Assembly (NCBI RefSeq): GCF_053078305.1
Contig: NZ_CP166879.1
Length of the DNA: 64,000 nt
Reading direction: 5' to 3' (one strand)
Shown: positions 12,727 through 27,790 of the stretch, one piece after another
Layout of the letters: every line of letters starts with the position of its first letter
How positions within the stretch are numbered: position 1 is the first letter of the stretch
The notes under the pieces: generated by a model
The model's database searches: none
Told to the model about the DNA's origin: nothing
What the model saw: the letters and a program-made list of their open reading frames with translations, nothing else
Translations under genes and position numbers: made by a program

Positions 12727-14067
12727 ATGACGACACAATCCAGTCCTGTTATTACTGATATGAAAGTCATTCCGGTCGCCGGGCACGATAGCATGTTGCT
12801 TAATATTGGTGGGGCACATAACGCATATTTCACCCGCAATATTGTGGTACTCACCGATAACGCCGGGCATACCGGCATTGGTGAAGCGCCGGGCGGAGAG
12901 GTGATTTATCAGACGCTTGTCGAAGCTATTCCGATGGTGCTGGGCCAGGAAGTTGCGCGCCTGAATAAAGTGGTTCAGCAGGTGCATAAAGGTAATCAGG
13001 CCGCCGATTTTGATACCTTCGGTAAAGGGGCCTGGACCTTTGAATTGCGCGTTAACGCCGTGGCGGCGCTGGAAGCCGCCTTGCTTGACCTGCTAGGTAA
13101 GGCGCTGAATGTTCCGGTCTGCGAACTGTTAGGGCCAGGCAAGCAACGCGATGCTATCACCGTCCTCGGTTATCTGTTTTATATCGGTGATCGGACTAAA
13201 ACCGATCTTCCTTATCTGGAAAATACGCCGGGCAATCATGAGTGGTATCAGTTGCGACATCAGAAAGCGATGAACAGCGAAGCCGTTGTGCGTCTGGCGG
13301 AAGCCTCACAGGATCGCTATGGCTTTAAAGATTTCAAACTTAAGGGCGGGGTGTTACCTGGCGAGCAAGAAATCGACACTGTTCGTGCATTGAAGAAAAG
13401 CTTCCCGGATGCGCGGATTACCGTTGATCCCAACGGTGCCTGGCTGCTTGATGAAGCCATTTCTTTGTGCAAAGGGCTGAATGATGTTCTTACCTATGCC
13501 GAAGATCCATGCGGCGCAGAACAGGGCTTCTCCGGACGTGAAGTGATGGCGGAGTTTCGGCGGGCGACCGGCTTGCCCGTCGCGACTAATATGATCGCCA
13601 CCAACTGGCGCGAAATGGGCCATGCGGTAATGCTCAATGCGGTGGATATTCCACTTGCCGATCCGCATTTCTGGACGCTTTCCGGTGCAGTCCGAGTGGC
13701 GCAGCTTTGCGACGACTGGGGGCTGACCTGGGGCTGCCATTCTAATAACCATTTCGATATCTCTCTGGCGATGTTTACCCATGTGGGCGCGGCGGCACCG
13801 GGTAATCCTACCGCTATCGATACCCACTGGATTTGGCAGGAGGGCGATTGTCGCCTGACCCAAAATCCGCTGGAGATTAAAAACGGAAAAATTGCCGTTC
13901 CTGATGCGCCCGGTCTGGGCGTGGAACTGGACTGGGAACAGGTACAAAAGGCACATGAGGCCTATAAACGTCTGCCTGGCGGTGCGCGTAACGACGCAGG
14001 CCCGATGCAGTACCTGATCCCCGGCTGGACCTTTGACCGTAAACGTCCCGTTTTCGGCCGTCATTGA
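12727..14067 (+). CDS. gudX: Glucarate dehydratase-related protein (enolase superfamily)
   Basis: 446 aa, paralogous to the following gudD ORF. Confidence 0.85.
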   Translation: MTTQSSPVITDMKVIPVAGHDSMLLNIGGAHNAYFTRNIVVLTDNAGHTGIGEAPGGEVIYQTLVEAIPMVLGQEVARLNKVVQQVHKGNQAADFDTFGKGAWTFELRVNAVAALEAALLDLLGKALNVPVCELLGPGKQRDAITVLGYLFYIGDRTKTDLPYLENTPGNHEWYQLRHQKAMNSEAVVRLAEASQDRYGFKDFKLKGGVLPGEQEIDTVRALKKSFPDARITVDPNGAWLLDEAISLCKGLNDVLTYAEDPCGAEQGFSGREVMAEFRRATGLPVATNMIATNWREMGHAVMLNAVDIPLADPHFWTLSGAVRVAQLCDDWGLTWGCHSNNHFDISLAMFTHVGAAAPGNPTAIDTHWIWQEGDCRLTQNPLEIKNGKIAVPDAPGLGVELDWEQVQKAHEAYKRLPGGARNDAGPMQYLIPGWTFDRKRPVFGRH

Positions 14068-14087
14068 TTCTGAAAAAGGACATAAAT

Positions 14088-15428
14088 ATGAGTTCTCAAT
14101 TTACGACGCCTGTTGTTACTGAAATGCAGGTCATCCCGGTGGCGGGCCATGACAGTATGCTGATGAATCTGAGTGGTGCACACGCACCGTTCTTCACGCG
14201 TAATATTGTGATTATCAAAGATAATTCTGGTCACACTGGCGTAGGGGAAATTCCCGGCGGCGAGAAAATCCGTAAAACGCTGGAAGATGCGATTCCGCTG
14301 GTAGTGGGTAAAACGCTGGGTGAATACAAAAACGTTCTGACGCTGGTGCGTAATACTTTTGCCGATCGTGATGCCGGCGGGCGCGGTTTGCAGACATTTG
14401 ATTTGCGTACCACTATTCATGTAGTTACCGGGATAGAAGCGGCAATGCTGGATCTGCTGGGGCAGCATCTGGGGGTTAACGTGGCATCCCTGCTGGGCGA
14501 TGGTCAACAGCGTAGCGAAGTCGAAATGCTCGGTTATCTGTTCTTCGTCGGTAATCGCAAAGCCACACCGCTGCCGTATCAAAGCCAGCCGGATGACTCA
14601 TGCGACTGGTATCGCCTGCGTCATGAAGAAGCGATGACGCCGGATGCGGTGGTGCGCCTGGCGGAAGCGGCGTATGAAAAATATGGCTTCAACGATTTCA
14701 AACTGAAAGGCGGTGTACTGGCCGGGGAAGAAGAGGCCGAGTCTATTGTGGCACTGGCGCAACGCTTCCCGCAGGCGCGTATTACGCTCGATCCTAACGG
14801 TGCCTGGTCGCTGAACGAAGCGATTAAAATTGGTAAATACCTGAAAGGTTCGCTGGCTTATGCAGAAGATCCGTGTGGTGCGGAGCAAGGTTTCTCCGGG
14901 CGTGAAGTGATGGCAGAGTTCCGTCGCGCGACTGGCCTGCCGACTGCAACCAATATGATCGCCACCGACTGGCGGCAGATGGGCCATACGCTCTCGTTAC
15001 AATCCGTTGATATCCCGCTGGCGGATCCGCATTTCTGGACGATGCAAGGTTCGGTACGTGTGGCGCAAATGTGCCATGAATTTGGCCTGACCTGGGGTTC
15101 ACACTCTAACAACCACTTCGATATTTCCCTGGCGATGTTTACCCATGTTGCCGCCGCTGCACCGGGTAAAATTACTGCTATTGATACGCACTGGATTTGG
15201 CAGGAAGGCAATCAGCGCCTGACCAAAGAACCGTTTGAGATCAAAGGCGGGCTGGTACAGGTGCCAGAAAAACCGGGGCTGGGTGTAGAAATCGATATGG
15301 ATCAAGTGATGAAAGCCCATGAGCTGTATCAGAAACACGGGCTTGGCGCGCGTGACGATGCGATGGGAATGCAGTATCTGATTCCTGGCTGGACGTTCGA
15401 TAACAAGCGCCCGTGCATGGTGCGTTAA
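14088..15428 (+). CDS. gudD: Glucarate dehydratase
   Basis: ATG at 14088 preceded by AAAAGGA RBS gives 446 aa; ORF track offers upstream start 14064. Confidence 0.88.
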   Translation: MSSQFTTPVVTEMQVIPVAGHDSMLMNLSGAHAPFFTRNIVIIKDNSGHTGVGEIPGGEKIRKTLEDAIPLVVGKTLGEYKNVLTLVRNTFADRDAGGRGLQTFDLRTTIHVVTGIEAAMLDLLGQHLGVNVASLLGDGQQRSEVEMLGYLFFVGNRKATPLPYQSQPDDSCDWYRLRHEEAMTPDAVVRLAEAAYEKYGFNDFKLKGGVLAGEEEAESIVALAQRFPQARITLDPNGAWSLNEAIKIGKYLKGSLAYAEDPCGAEQGFSGREVMAEFRRATGLPTATNMIATDWRQMGHTLSLQSVDIPLADPHFWTMQGSVRVAQMCHEFGLTWGSHSNNHFDISLAMFTHVAAAAPGKITAIDTHWIWQEGNQRLTKEPFEIKGGLVQVPEKPGLGVEIDMDQVMKAHELYQKHGLGARDDAMGMQYLIPGWTFDNKRPCMVR

Positions 15429-15441
15429 GACAAAAAACCAA

Positions 15442-15464
15442 AACCGGCTCTATCTGGAGCCGGT
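15442..15464. terminator. Hairpin AACCGGCTC-tatc-GAGCCGGTT between convergent gudD and barA
   Basis: 9-bp perfect stem; A-run on plus strand (T-run on minus) fits termination of barA; no T-run after it on plus strand. Confidence 0.5.
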
Positions 15465-15490
15465 TTGAGACTGATGCCAAACACAAAATT

Positions 15491-15588
15491 GCCTGATGCG
15501 CTACGCTTATCAGGCCTACATGCTTTTTAATTTATTGAATTTAATTGGTTTTGTAGGCCGGATAAGGCGTTAACGCCGCATCCGGCAT
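15491..15588. repeat. REP/BIME-type extragenic palindromes
   Basis: Two inverted GCCTGATGCGCTACGCTTATCAGGCCTACA-like units typical of E. coli REP elements. Confidence 0.75.
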
Positions 15589-15660
15589 AAACACAGGCAC
15601 TTTGTCACCAATCTGAAACCAGCGTCATAAAAAGCCGATTGCTACTCGACAAGACGTCCG

Positions 15661-18417
15661 TTACCCGAGAATTTTGCTGGCTTCGCGCGCGACATTATCC
15701 ATCTCGTCCAACAGTTCCAGCAGCTCCGGCTCCAAATCTTCTTCTTTAGTACCGCTACGTAGCTGTTGTTCGATCAGTTGGCAGAGATTCTTCATACGCG
15801 GCACACCGCTATAGCCGCAACTGCCATGCAGTTTATGAATCAAATCAACCAGGCCTTCCGGGTTTTCTCCAACCAGCTGTTCCTCAACTTTGTTGCGAAC
15901 TTCAGGCAGGAAATCGAGTAACATTTGCAGCATATCGCGCGCTAAATCGGTTTTTCCTGCTGCCTGGCGTAGTGCCAGTTGCCAGTCGAGGGTCGCATTC
16001 GGGTTCACCACAATTTCGTTGACTTCGGGCGTCACGACGCGAGACGAAATACCGCTGCCAGGCTTGTAGCGCAACAACAAATTATGCAATCGCTCTTCTT
16101 CAATCGGTTTCGCCAGATAATCGCTCATCCCTGCGCCAAGCAGCTTCTCTTTTTGCCCGGCCATTGCATGCGCCGTTACCGCGATAACCGGCGTTTGTTG
16201 CTGATGGGGGAGCTGGTGGATGAGCTCGCAGGCCCGAATGCCATCCATGTCCGGCATTTGAATATCCATTAAGATCAAATCGAACGGCATCTGTTTCGCC
16301 CGTTCAACCGCCTGATGCCCGCTATCGCAAAGTTCCACATGTTGCACCATATCTTCCAGCAATGCGCCGATAAGTTTCAGGTTAGCGGGGTTGTCATCAA
16401 CCGCCATGACTGTCATTGCCAGCTTACTTTCATCGGTTACAGGCAAAAGCGTGTTTTGTTTGTGATGACAAAATTCCGTCAGGGCAGGCAGCAGGCGCGT
16501 AGGTGTTAATGGTTTCAGCAGACACGCGCCGATACCATCTTGCTTGAGTTTTTCAGCATTGACTTGTGCATGGCAAGGAAGTGCCAGCATCAGGAAATCG
16601 GTCATCGATACCGCTTTCGCTAATCGCTCATGTTGCATTGTTAGCGGCTCGCGGAAGGTCACCGCGATGCCTAACAACATCATGTCGTAATGCGCGGGAG
16701 GCAGCGCGGAGAACGTTGGGCTATAAACCACTTCCAGCGGCGTTTCACTTAAAATATCCAGCGTGCATTGCGCTGCTGCGGAGTTTGGTTCGACATAGGC
16801 CAGGCGTTTACCGGCGAGGCACTGGGTGGATGGCCCTTCAATAATAATGTTCGGGTTCAGATCGAGATTAATGTGGAACCAGAAAGTTGAACCGCGATTC
16901 GGCTGGCTATGGAACGAAATATCGCCGCCCATTTCATTAACCAGTTTTTGTGTAATCACCAGCCCCAGCCCGGTGCCACCATGACGGCGGGAAATACTGG
17001 CATCAGCCTGTCGGAAGGCCTGGAATAAGCGCGATTGATCACGTTCAGGAATACCAATGCCGGTATCCCGAATCTGCACTTCAATCTGCACTTTGGTATT
17101 ACTCAGCGCACGTTTTTCTACCAGAATATCAATGTTGCCATTCTCGGTGAATTTAATTGCATTCCCCACCAGGTTAGTGATGATTTGCTGTAATCGCAGT
17201 GGGTCGCCGATCACGTTATCAGGCACGTCGCTTTTAATATTGAGCGTCAGTTCCAACCCTTTATCGTGAGAAGAATGTGCCAGCAGAGTAACGACTTCAT
17301 CCAGCGTGCTGCGTAGTGGGAATGGAATACTTTCCAGAATCAGCTTACCTGCTTCCAGTTTCGAGAAGTCGAGAACATCATTAATAATTGCCAGCAAATT
17401 ATTTGCCGAACGTTCAATCGTATTCAGGTGATCGCGCTGCGTTGGTGTTAATTCTGTTTTCAGCGTCAGGCGGGTAAAGCCAATAACACCATTCAGTGGT
17501 GTACGCAGCTCGTGTGACATATTTGCCAGAAACTCGGATTTAATACGTGCCGCTTCCTGGGCGCGCTTTTTCGCCAGATCCAACTCAACGTTCTGAATTT
17601 CCATCTGCTCCAGCGTTTCACGCAGATCGGACGTCGCCTGGTCGATATTGTGCTGCATCTCTTCGTGATAAGCAGCCAGCGACATTGCCATCGAGTTGAT
17701 ACCGTTTTTCAGCATATCCAGCTCGCCGAGCATAAATCCTTCCACCCGGCTGTCGAGTTGCCCGCGACGGATGCGGTCGACGGTATTCACCATGTTGCGA
17801 ATCGGACCGGTTACATCGCGCATTAAGCGCCAGCCAAAAATAAGCGCAATACCGATACAAAACAGCATCATCACGCTGGAAATAAAGATCTCTTTATATT
17901 GCTGCAAGCGAACCGATTTAAGATCCAGCTCAAGCGCAATATATCCCAACATATTTTGACTATTTTTGGCATCGCTACTGGGCGATTCGTCGGGGGAGTA
18001 ACTCTCAGAAATAATCGGCGTGCGCAGGATCATAATATCGCCGTCACGAGTGACAGTGAGCTGGCGAGGAAACGGCACGTTGCTGCCGAGCTGCATTGAT
18101 GAGGGATCAAGATGAAAATTGGAGGTGACAAAGAGTCGGTTATTTTCATCATAAACCGAAATCGCGCGAACAATATCGGAATGGCGACGATGCAGTACGC
18201 TTATTAACTGACCGATAGATTCGCGATTTTGCAGGCTCATGCCATATTCAGTAGAAACTGCAAGCGGCTCAATAATGCTGGCACCGGCATCTTCCAGTTG
18301 ACGCTGCAAGTCGTTATAGCGATGCACGACGAAAAAGATACTCAGCAATAAACCAATAAGGACGGTCGGTGCCAGGATCAGAATCATCATGCGTGCGCGC
18401 AGGCTGTAGTTGGTCAT
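15661..18417 (-). CDS. barA: Hybrid sensor histidine kinase BarA
   Basis: 918 aa; TM/HAMP, HisKA (HELRTPLN), HATPase, receiver and HPt domains readable in translation. Confidence 0.92.
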
Positions 18418-18473
18418 GGAGTTCCGTTATGGGACAATTAAGGTCACACTGTTAAATTGAGAAAGTCTCGCCA

Positions 18474-19775
18474 ATGGCGCAATTCTACTCTGCAAAACGA
18501 CGCACGACGACGCGTCAGATCATAACCGTTTCAGTCAACGACCTCGACTCTTTTGGTCAGGGCGTGGCGCGACATAACGGCAAAACGCTATTTATCCCCG
18601 GATTATTGCCGCAGGAAAACGCGGAAGTTACTGTTACTGAAGATAAAAAACAGTATGCCCGCGCTAAAGTCGTACGCCGGTTAAGCGATAGCCCGGAACG
18701 CGAAACGCCACGCTGTCCTCATTTTGGCGTATGCGGCGGCTGTCAGCAACAACACGCCAGCGTGGATTTACAGCAGCGAAGCAAAAGTGCGGCACTCGCC
18801 CGATTAATGAAACACGAAGTCTCTGAAGTGATCGCCGATGTTCCCTGGGGCTATCGCCGTCGCGCGCGTTTAAGTCTGAACTACTTACCGAAAACACAGC
18901 AACTTCAGATGGGGTTTCGCAAAGCGGGCTCCAGTGACATTGTCGACGTTAAACAATGCCCCATTTTAGTGCCCCAACTTGAAGCATTGCTGCCCAAAGT
19001 CAGGGCATGCCTGGGCAGCTTACAAGCTATGCGCCATCTTGGTCATGTTGAACTGGTACAGGCAACCAGCGGCACGCTGATGATTTTGCGCCATACCGCA
19101 CCGCTAAGTTCGGCAGATCGCGAAAAACTGGAACGCTTTTCGCATTCTGAAGGCCTGGATCTGTATCTCGCCCCCGATAGTGAGATACTCGAAACCGTCT
19201 CTGGTGAGATGCCCTGGTATGACTCAAATGGGTTGCGCTTAACTTTTAGCCCGCGCGATTTTATTCAGGTCAATGCGGGTGTGAACCAAAAAATGGTAGC
19301 GCGTGCGTTGGAATGGCTGGATGTGCAACCTGAAGATCGCGTACTGGATCTGTTCTGCGGTATGGGCAACTTTACACTGCCATTGGCGACACAAGCTGCC
19401 AGTGTGGTCGGTGTAGAAGGTGTTCCGGCGCTGGTGGAAAAAGGCCAGCAGAATGCGCGTCTTAATGGCTTACAGAATGTGACGTTTTATCACGAAAATC
19501 TTGAAGAAGATGTCACAAAGCAGCCGTGGGCGAAAAACGGCTTCGATAAAGTGTTGCTGGACCCTGCGCGAGCAGGTGCCGCAGGTGTTATGCAGCAAAT
19601 TATAAAACTGGAACCTATTCGTATAGTTTATGTATCCTGTAACCCTGCAACGCTGGCTCGGGATAGCGAAGCGTTATTAAAAGCAGGATATACCATTGCG
19701 CGACTGGCGATGCTGGATATGTTCCCACACACGGGACATCTGGAATCGATGGTACTTTTCTCGCGCGTTAAATAG
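18474..19775 (+). CDS. rlmD: 23S rRNA (uracil1939-C5)-methyltransferase
   Basis: 433 aa; TRAM-like N-terminus with Cys cluster ([10 protein letters not shown]), SAM MTase fold. Confidence 0.88.
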   Translation: MAQFYSAKRRTTTRQIITVSVNDLDSFGQGVARHNGKTLFIPGLLPQENAEVTVTEDKKQYARAKVVRRLSDSPERETPRCPHFGVCGGCQQQHASVDLQQRSKSAALARLMKHEVSEVIADVPWGYRRRARLSLNYLPKTQQLQMGFRKAGSSDIVDVKQCPILVPQLEALLPKVRACLGSLQAMRHLGHVELVQATSGTLMILRHTAPLSSADREKLERFSHSEGLDLYLAPDSEILETVSGEMPWYDSNGLRLTFSPRDFIQVNAGVNQKMVARALEWLDVQPEDRVLDLFCGMGNFTLPLATQAASVVGVEGVPALVEKGQQNARLNGLQNVTFYHENLEEDVTKQPWAKNGFDKVLLDPARAGAAGVMQQIIKLEPIRIVYVSCNPATLARDSEALLKAGYTIARLAMLDMFPHTGHLESMVLFSRVK

Positions 19776-19822
19776 TTGCGATTTGCCGATTTCGGCAGGT
19801 CTGGTCCCTAAAGGAGAGGACG

Positions 19823-22057
19823 ATGGTTGCGGTAAGAAGTGCACATATCAATAAGGCTGGTGAATTTGATCCGGAAAAATGGATCGCAAGTCTGGGTATT
19901 ACCAGCCAGAAGTCGTGTGAGTGCTTAGCCGAAACCTGGGCGTATTGTCTGCAACAGACGCAGGGGCATCCGGATGCCAGTCTGTTATTGTGGCGTGGTG
20001 TTGAGATGGTGGAGATCCTCTCGACATTAAGTATGGACATTGACACGCTGCGGGCGGCGCTGCTTTTCCCTCTGGCGGATGCCAACGTAGTCAGCGAAGA
20101 TGTGCTGCGTGAGAGCGTCGGTAAGTCGGTCGTTAACCTTATTCACGGCGTGCGTGATATGGCGGCGATCCGCCAGCTGAAAGCGACGCACACTGATTCT
20201 GTTTCCTCCGAACAGGTCGATAACGTTCGCCGGATGTTATTGGCGATGGTCGATGATTTTCGCTGCGTGGTCATCAAACTGGCGGAGCGTATTGCTCATC
20301 TGCGTGAAGTAAAAGATGCGCCGGAAGATGAACGCGTACTGGCGGCAAAAGAGTGCACCAATATCTACGCGCCGTTGGCAAACCGTCTTGGGATTGGGCA
20401 ACTGAAATGGGAGCTGGAAGATTACTGCTTCCGTTATCTCCACCCGACCGAATACAAACGCATCGCAAAACTGTTGCATGAACGCCGTCTCGACCGCGAA
20501 CACTATATCGAAGAGTTTGTCGGTCATCTGCGCGCTGAGATGAAAGCTGAAGGCGTTAAAGCTGAAGTGTATGGTCGTCCGAAACACATCTACAGCATCT
20601 GGCGCAAAATGCAGAAAAAGAACCTCGCCTTCGATGAGCTGTTTGATGTGCGTGCGGTACGTATTGTCGCCGAGCGTTTACAGGATTGTTATGCCGCACT
20701 GGGGATAGTGCACACTCACTATCGCCACCTGCCGGATGAGTTTGACGATTACGTCGCTAACCCGAAACCAAACGGTTATCAGTCTATTCATACCGTGGTT
20801 CTGGGGCCGGGTGGAAAAACCGTTGAGATCCAAATCCGCACCAAACAGATGCATGAAGATGCAGAGTTGGGTGTTGCTGCGCACTGGAAATATAAAGAGG
20901 GCGCGGCTGCTGGCGGCGCACGTTCGGGACATGAAGACCGGATTGCCTGGCTGCGCAAACTGATTGCGTGGCAGGAAGAGATGGCTGATTCCGGCGAAAT
21001 GCTCGACGAAGTACGCAGCCAGGTGTTTGACGACCGGGTGTATGTCTTTACGCCGAAAGGTGATGTCGTTGATTTACCTGCGGGATCAACGCCGCTGGAC
21101 TTCGCTTACCACATCCACAGTGATGTCGGACACCGCTGTATCGGGGCAAAAATTGGCGGGCGCATTGTGCCGTTCACCTACCAGCTGCAAATGGGCGACC
21201 AGATTGAAATTATCACCCAGAAACAGCCGAACCCCAGCCGTGACTGGTTAAACCCAAACCTCGGTTACGTCACAACCAGCCGTGGGCGTTCGAAAATTCA
21301 CGCCTGGTTCCGTAAACAGGACCGTGACAAAAACATTCTGGCTGGGCGGCAAATCCTTGACGACGAGCTGGAACATCTGGGGATCAGCCTGAAAGAAGCA
21401 GAAAAACATCTGCTGCCGCGTTACAACTTCAATGATGTCGACGAGTTGCTGGCGGCGATTGGTGGAGGGGATATCCGTCTCAATCAGATGGTGAACTTCC
21501 TGCAATCGCAATTTAATAAGCCGAGTGCCGAAGAGCAGGACGCCGCCGCGCTGAAGCAACTTCAGCAAAAAAGCTACACGCCGCAAAACCGCAGTAAAGA
21601 TAACGGTCGTGTGGTGGTTGAAGGTGTCGGTAACCTGATGCACCACATCGCGCGCTGCTGCCAGCCGATTCCTGGAGATGAGATTGTCGGCTTCATTACC
21701 CAGGGACGCGGTATTTCAGTACACCGCGCCGATTGCGAACAACTGGCGGAACTGCGCTCCCATGCGCCAGAACGCATTGTTGACGCGGTATGGGGCGAGA
21801 GCTACTCCGCCGGATATTCGCTGGTGGTCCGCGTGGTGGCTAATGATCGTAGTGGGTTGTTACGTGATATCACGACCATTCTCGCCAACGAAAAGGTGAA
21901 CGTACTTGGCGTTGCCAGCCGTAGCGACACCAAACAGCAACTGGCGACCATCGACATGACCATTGAGATTTACAACCTGCAGGTGCTGGGTCGCGTGCTG
22001 GGTAAACTCAACCAGGTGCCGGATGTTATCGACGCGCGTCGGTTGCACGGGAGTTAG
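19823..22057 (+). CDS. relA: GTP pyrophosphokinase ((p)ppGpp synthetase I)
   Basis: 744 aa RelA/SpoT family; immediately upstream of mazEF. Confidence 0.93.
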   Translation: MVAVRSAHINKAGEFDPEKWIASLGITSQKSCECLAETWAYCLQQTQGHPDASLLLWRGVEMVEILSTLSMDIDTLRAALLFPLADANVVSEDVLRESVGKSVVNLIHGVRDMAAIRQLKATHTDSVSSEQVDNVRRMLLAMVDDFRCVVIKLAERIAHLREVKDAPEDERVLAAKECTNIYAPLANRLGIGQLKWELEDYCFRYLHPTEYKRIAKLLHERRLDREHYIEEFVGHLRAEMKAEGVKAEVYGRPKHIYSIWRKMQKKNLAFDELFDVRAVRIVAERLQDCYAALGIVHTHYRHLPDEFDDYVANPKPNGYQSIHTVVLGPGGKTVEIQIRTKQMHEDAELGVAAHWKYKEGAAAGGARSGHEDRIAWLRKLIAWQEEMADSGEMLDEVRSQVFDDRVYVFTPKGDVVDLPAGSTPLDFAYHIHSDVGHRCIGAKIGGRIVPFTYQLQMGDQIEIITQKQPNPSRDWLNPNLGYVTTSRGRSKIHAWFRKQDRDKNILAGRQILDDELEHLGISLKEAEKHLLPRYNFNDVDELLAAIGGGDIRLNQMVNFLQSQFNKPSAEEQDAAALKQLQQKSYTPQNRSKDNGRVVVEGVGNLMHHIARCCQPIPGDEIVGFITQGRGISVHRADCEQLAELRSHAPERIVDAVWGESYSAGYSLVVRVVANDRSGLLRDITTILANEKVNVLGVASRSDTKQQLATIDMTIEIYNLQVLGRVLGKLNQVPDVIDARRLHGS

Positions 22058-22070
22058 GCAGAAATTTGCT

Positions 22071-22118
22071 CGTATCTACAATGTAGATTGATATATACTG
22101 TATCTACATATGATAGCG
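22071..22118 (+). promoter_or_regulatory. mazEF promoter region with alternating palindrome
   Basis: ATCTACA-A-TGTAGAT palindrome followed by overlapping TATCTACATATGATAG repeats, 15-60 nt upstream of mazE. Confidence 0.6.
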
Positions 22119-22134
22119 GTTTGAGGAAAGGGTT

Positions 22135-22383
22135 ATGATCCACAGTAGCGTAAAGCGTTGGGGAAATTCACCGGCGGTGCGGATCCCGGCTACGTTAATG
22201 CAGGCGCTCAATCTGAATATTGATGATGAAGTGAAGATTGACCTGGTGGATGGCAAATTAATTATTGAGCCAGTGCGTAAAGAGCCCGTATTTACGCTTG
22301 CTGAACTGGTCAACGACATCACGCCGGAAAACCTCCACGAGAATATCGACTGGGGAGAGCCGAAAGATAAGGAAGTCTGGTAA
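22135..22383 (+). CDS. mazE: Antitoxin MazE
   Basis: 82 aa AbrB/SpoVT-like ORF; stop overlaps mazF start. Confidence 0.92.
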
Positions 22384-22718
22384 TGGTAAGCCGATACGTA
22401 CCCGATATGGGCGATCTGATTTGGGTTGATTTTGACCCGACAAAAGGTAGCGAGCAAGCCGGACATCGTCCGGCTGTTGTCCTGAGTCCGTTCATGTACA
22501 ACAACAAAACAGGTATGTGTCTGTGTGTTCCTTGTACAACGCAATCAAAAGGATATCCGTTCGAAGTTGTTTTATCCGGTCAGGAACGTGATGGCGTAGC
22601 GTTAGCTGATCAGGTAAAAAGTATCGCCTGGCGGGCAAGAGGAGCAACGAAGAAAGGAACGGTTGCCCCAGAGGAATTACAACTCATTAAAGCCAAAATT
22701 AACGTACTGATTGGGTAG
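22383..22718 (+). CDS. mazF: Toxin MazF (ACA-specific mRNA interferase)
   Basis: 111 aa PemK/MazF family; mazE-mazF-mazG order after relA. Confidence 0.92.
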   Translation: MVSRYVPDMGDLIWVDFDPTKGSEQAGHRPAVVLSPFMYNNKTGMCLCVPCTTQSKGYPFEVVLSGQERDGVALADQVKSIAWRARGATKKGTVAPEELQLIKAKINVLIG

Positions 22719-22789
22719 GTGTTACTAACTCACTTCTATTCTGGTCACAGGTTTCCACCTGACAGACCCGCAATTTTCAGGACATTCTA

Positions 22790-23581
22790 ATGAATCAAAT
22801 CGACCGTTTGCTCACTATTATGCAGCGCCTGCGCGACCCGGAAAACGGCTGCCCGTGGGATAAAGAGCAGACATTTTCTTCTATTGCGCCTTACACCCTT
22901 GAAGAAACCTACGAGGTGCTGGACGCTATTGCCCGCGAAGACTTTGACGATCTGCGCGGTGAACTCGGCGATCTGCTGTTCCAGGTGGTGTTTTACGCAC
23001 AAATGGCTCAGGAAGAAGGGCGCTTTGACTTTAATGATATTTGCGCTGCGATTAGCGATAAATTAGAGCGTCGCCATCCGCATGTTTTTGCTGACAGTTC
23101 TGCCGAAAACAGTAGTGAAGTGCTTGCCCGTTGGGAGCAAATCAAAACCGAAGAGCGCGCGCAGAAAGCGCAGCATTCGGCGCTGGACGATATTCCTCGT
23201 AGTTTACCGGCTTTAATGCGTGCGCAAAAAATCCAGAAACGTTGCGCCAACGTTGGCTTCGATTGGACGACGCTTGGTCCGGTAGTCGATAAAGTCTACG
23301 AAGAGATCGACGAGGTGATGTACGAGGCACGGCAGGCTGTTATCGACCAGGCTAAACTGGAGGAGGAAATGGGTGACCTGCTGTTTGCCACGGTCAATCT
23401 GGCTCGTCATTTAGGGACAAAAGCGGAAATCGCATTGCAAAAAGCGAACGAAAAATTCGAGCGTCGTTTTCGCGAAGTGGAGCGTATTGTTGCCGCGCGT
23501 GGATTGGAAATGACAGGTGTTGACCTCGAAACAATGGAAGAAGTCTGGCAACAGGTAAAACGGCAGGAAATTGATCTCTAA
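22790..23581 (+). CDS. mazG: Nucleoside triphosphate pyrophosphohydrolase MazG
   Basis: 263 aa with tandem MazG domains. Confidence 0.9.
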   Translation: MNQIDRLLTIMQRLRDPENGCPWDKEQTFSSIAPYTLEETYEVLDAIAREDFDDLRGELGDLLFQVVFYAQMAQEEGRFDFNDICAAISDKLERRHPHVFADSSAENSSEVLARWEQIKTEERAQKAQHSALDDIPRSLPALMRAQKIQKRCANVGFDWTTLGPVVDKVYEEIDEVMYEARQAVIDQAKLEEEMGDLLFATVNLARHLGTKAEIALQKANEKFERRFREVERIVAARGLEMTGVDLETMEEVWQQVKRQEIDL

Positions 23582-23594
23582 GGGAATTACGCGG

Positions 23595-23637
23595 TCAAGC
23601 GCCATTTGTGTCATTTTTTAAATGACAAGCGCTTGAT
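23595..23637 (+). terminator. Bipartite hairpin after mazG
   Basis: TCAAGCGC...GCGCTTGA outer stem and TGTCATTT...AAATGACA inner stem, followed by T-rich run. Confidence 0.45.
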
Positions 23638-23793
23638 TTGCGTCAAAAACATTTACCCCAAAGGGGCTATTTTCTCACTCCTGATTTCAATAGTGCGCTG
23701 GCGAAGAGGAGGGATAATGAAAGTTTGTGGCACAGGTCATGTTCGGGTATACTGCTTTCCCGTCCTGGTTATTCCATCGTCTTTTCAACCTAA

Positions 23794-25446
<1,653 letters not shown>

Positions 25447-25518
25447 GTAAAAAAGTTAGAACGGCAACGCGTACCCAGGGTACGCGTTGTTTGTCTGGAG
25501 TTTCAGTTTAACTAGTGA

Positions 25519-26832
<1,314 letters not shown>

Positions 26833-26857
26833 GTCTGACTTTATCTGATTTAAAAAT

Positions 26858-26883
26858 GCCAGCCTTCGGGCTGGCGTTTTTTA
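26858..26883. terminator. Bidirectional intrinsic terminator between eno and the convergent TPM operon
   Basis: GCCAGCC-ttcg-GGCTGGC hairpin flanked by A5 on one side and T6 on the other. Confidence 0.8.
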
Positions 26884-26891
26884 TGGTTGAG

Positions 26892-27785
26892 TTACCAGCG
26901 ACCGGACGCGCCGCCACCGCCAGAAGAACCGCCCCCGCCGCTAAATCCGCCGCCACTTGAGCCTCCACCGGAAGAGGATGAAGAAGAACTTTTTCTTGAA
27001 GCTCTTTCTTTACTGAGTTTTTTGTATTTGGCGCGTAGCTTTTTATTGACGATAAGCCAAAAAATAACCAGTGGTACGCTCGCAAAAGGCGTTAACATAC
27101 CGCAGGCAACGATTAAATTGGTCCATGGTCCTGGCTCGGCAACATAGAGGAATACCATCCCGTAAATGGCGCCAGTGAGAGTGATCCAGGGTAAATTCGA
27201 CGGATCGGTAAAAACAATAAAATATGAAAGTACCGCCAGCAATATAATTACAGCAAGCGATAATGGAATAGGGGGATTGATACTGTAATAATCCCCCTTG
27301 TCTTCCGATAATTCACCATTCAACAGAAGCGCGCCGATATTTTCGCTTGCCAGTGTTAATCCACCCATCAGGTCATCACTTTTGAAGGCAGGGATCAATA
27401 TATCCCTGATAATCTTCGCCGCTTGCAGGTCGGTAACCACCCCTTCCAGCCCGTAGCCAACCTCAATACGAACAGCATGATCCTCCCAGGCAACCAGAAG
27501 TAAAATACCATCGTTTCTCTGCTTATCTCCCAGTTTCCAGCTATCAAAAACGCGTGTTGCATATTGTTCAATGGAATCGTCTCCGGTGGACGGCACTACT
27601 AATACAGCGACCTGCGCCCGTGTTTTATGTGTAATATCCTGCAGTTGCTGTGTCAGTGATTGTTGTTCAGAAGTGCTTAACGTACCAGTAATATCGGTCA
27701 CCTGTTGGCGCAGCTCCGGCACAGCAATTTGCTGGGCAAGCCCAGGAAGGCACCACAAAGTGAATAGAATAAAGATTAAGCGCAT
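26892..27785 (-). CDS. TPM-domain membrane protein, paralog 1 (YgcG-like)
   Basis: ATG at 27785 (ORF track uses TTG at 27797); signal peptide, TPM-like domain, C-terminal TM segment and Gly/Ser-rich tail ending SGRW. Confidence 0.75.
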   Translation of the reverse strand: MRLIFILFTLWCLPGLAQQIAVPELRQQVTDITGTLSTSEQQSLTQQLQDITHKTRAQVAVLVVPSTGDDSIEQYATRVFDSWKLGDKQRNDGILLLVAWEDHAVRIEVGYGLEGVVTDLQAAKIIRDILIPAFKSDDLMGGLTLASENIGALLLNGELSEDKGDYYSINPPIPLSLAVIILLAVLSYFIVFTDPSNLPWITLTGAIYGMVFLYVAEPGPWTNLIVACGMLTPFASVPLVIFWLIVNKKLRAKYKKLSKERASRKSSSSSSSGGGSSGGGFSGGGGSSGGGGASGRW

Positions 27786-27790
27786 TACGA

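Noticed and set aside
13354-14064. 236-aa minus-strand ORF inside gudX
   Set aside because: Antisense artefact; gudX on plus strand is strongly supported by paralogy with gudD.
22058-22134. Possible rho-independent terminator for relA
   Set aside because: Region is dominated by the mazEF promoter palindromes; no convincing GC-rich hairpin plus T-run.
26887-27147. 86-aa proline-rich plus-strand ORF
   Set aside because: Reverse-frame reading of the Gly-rich tail of TPM paralog 1 (GGN codons read as CCN); not a gene.
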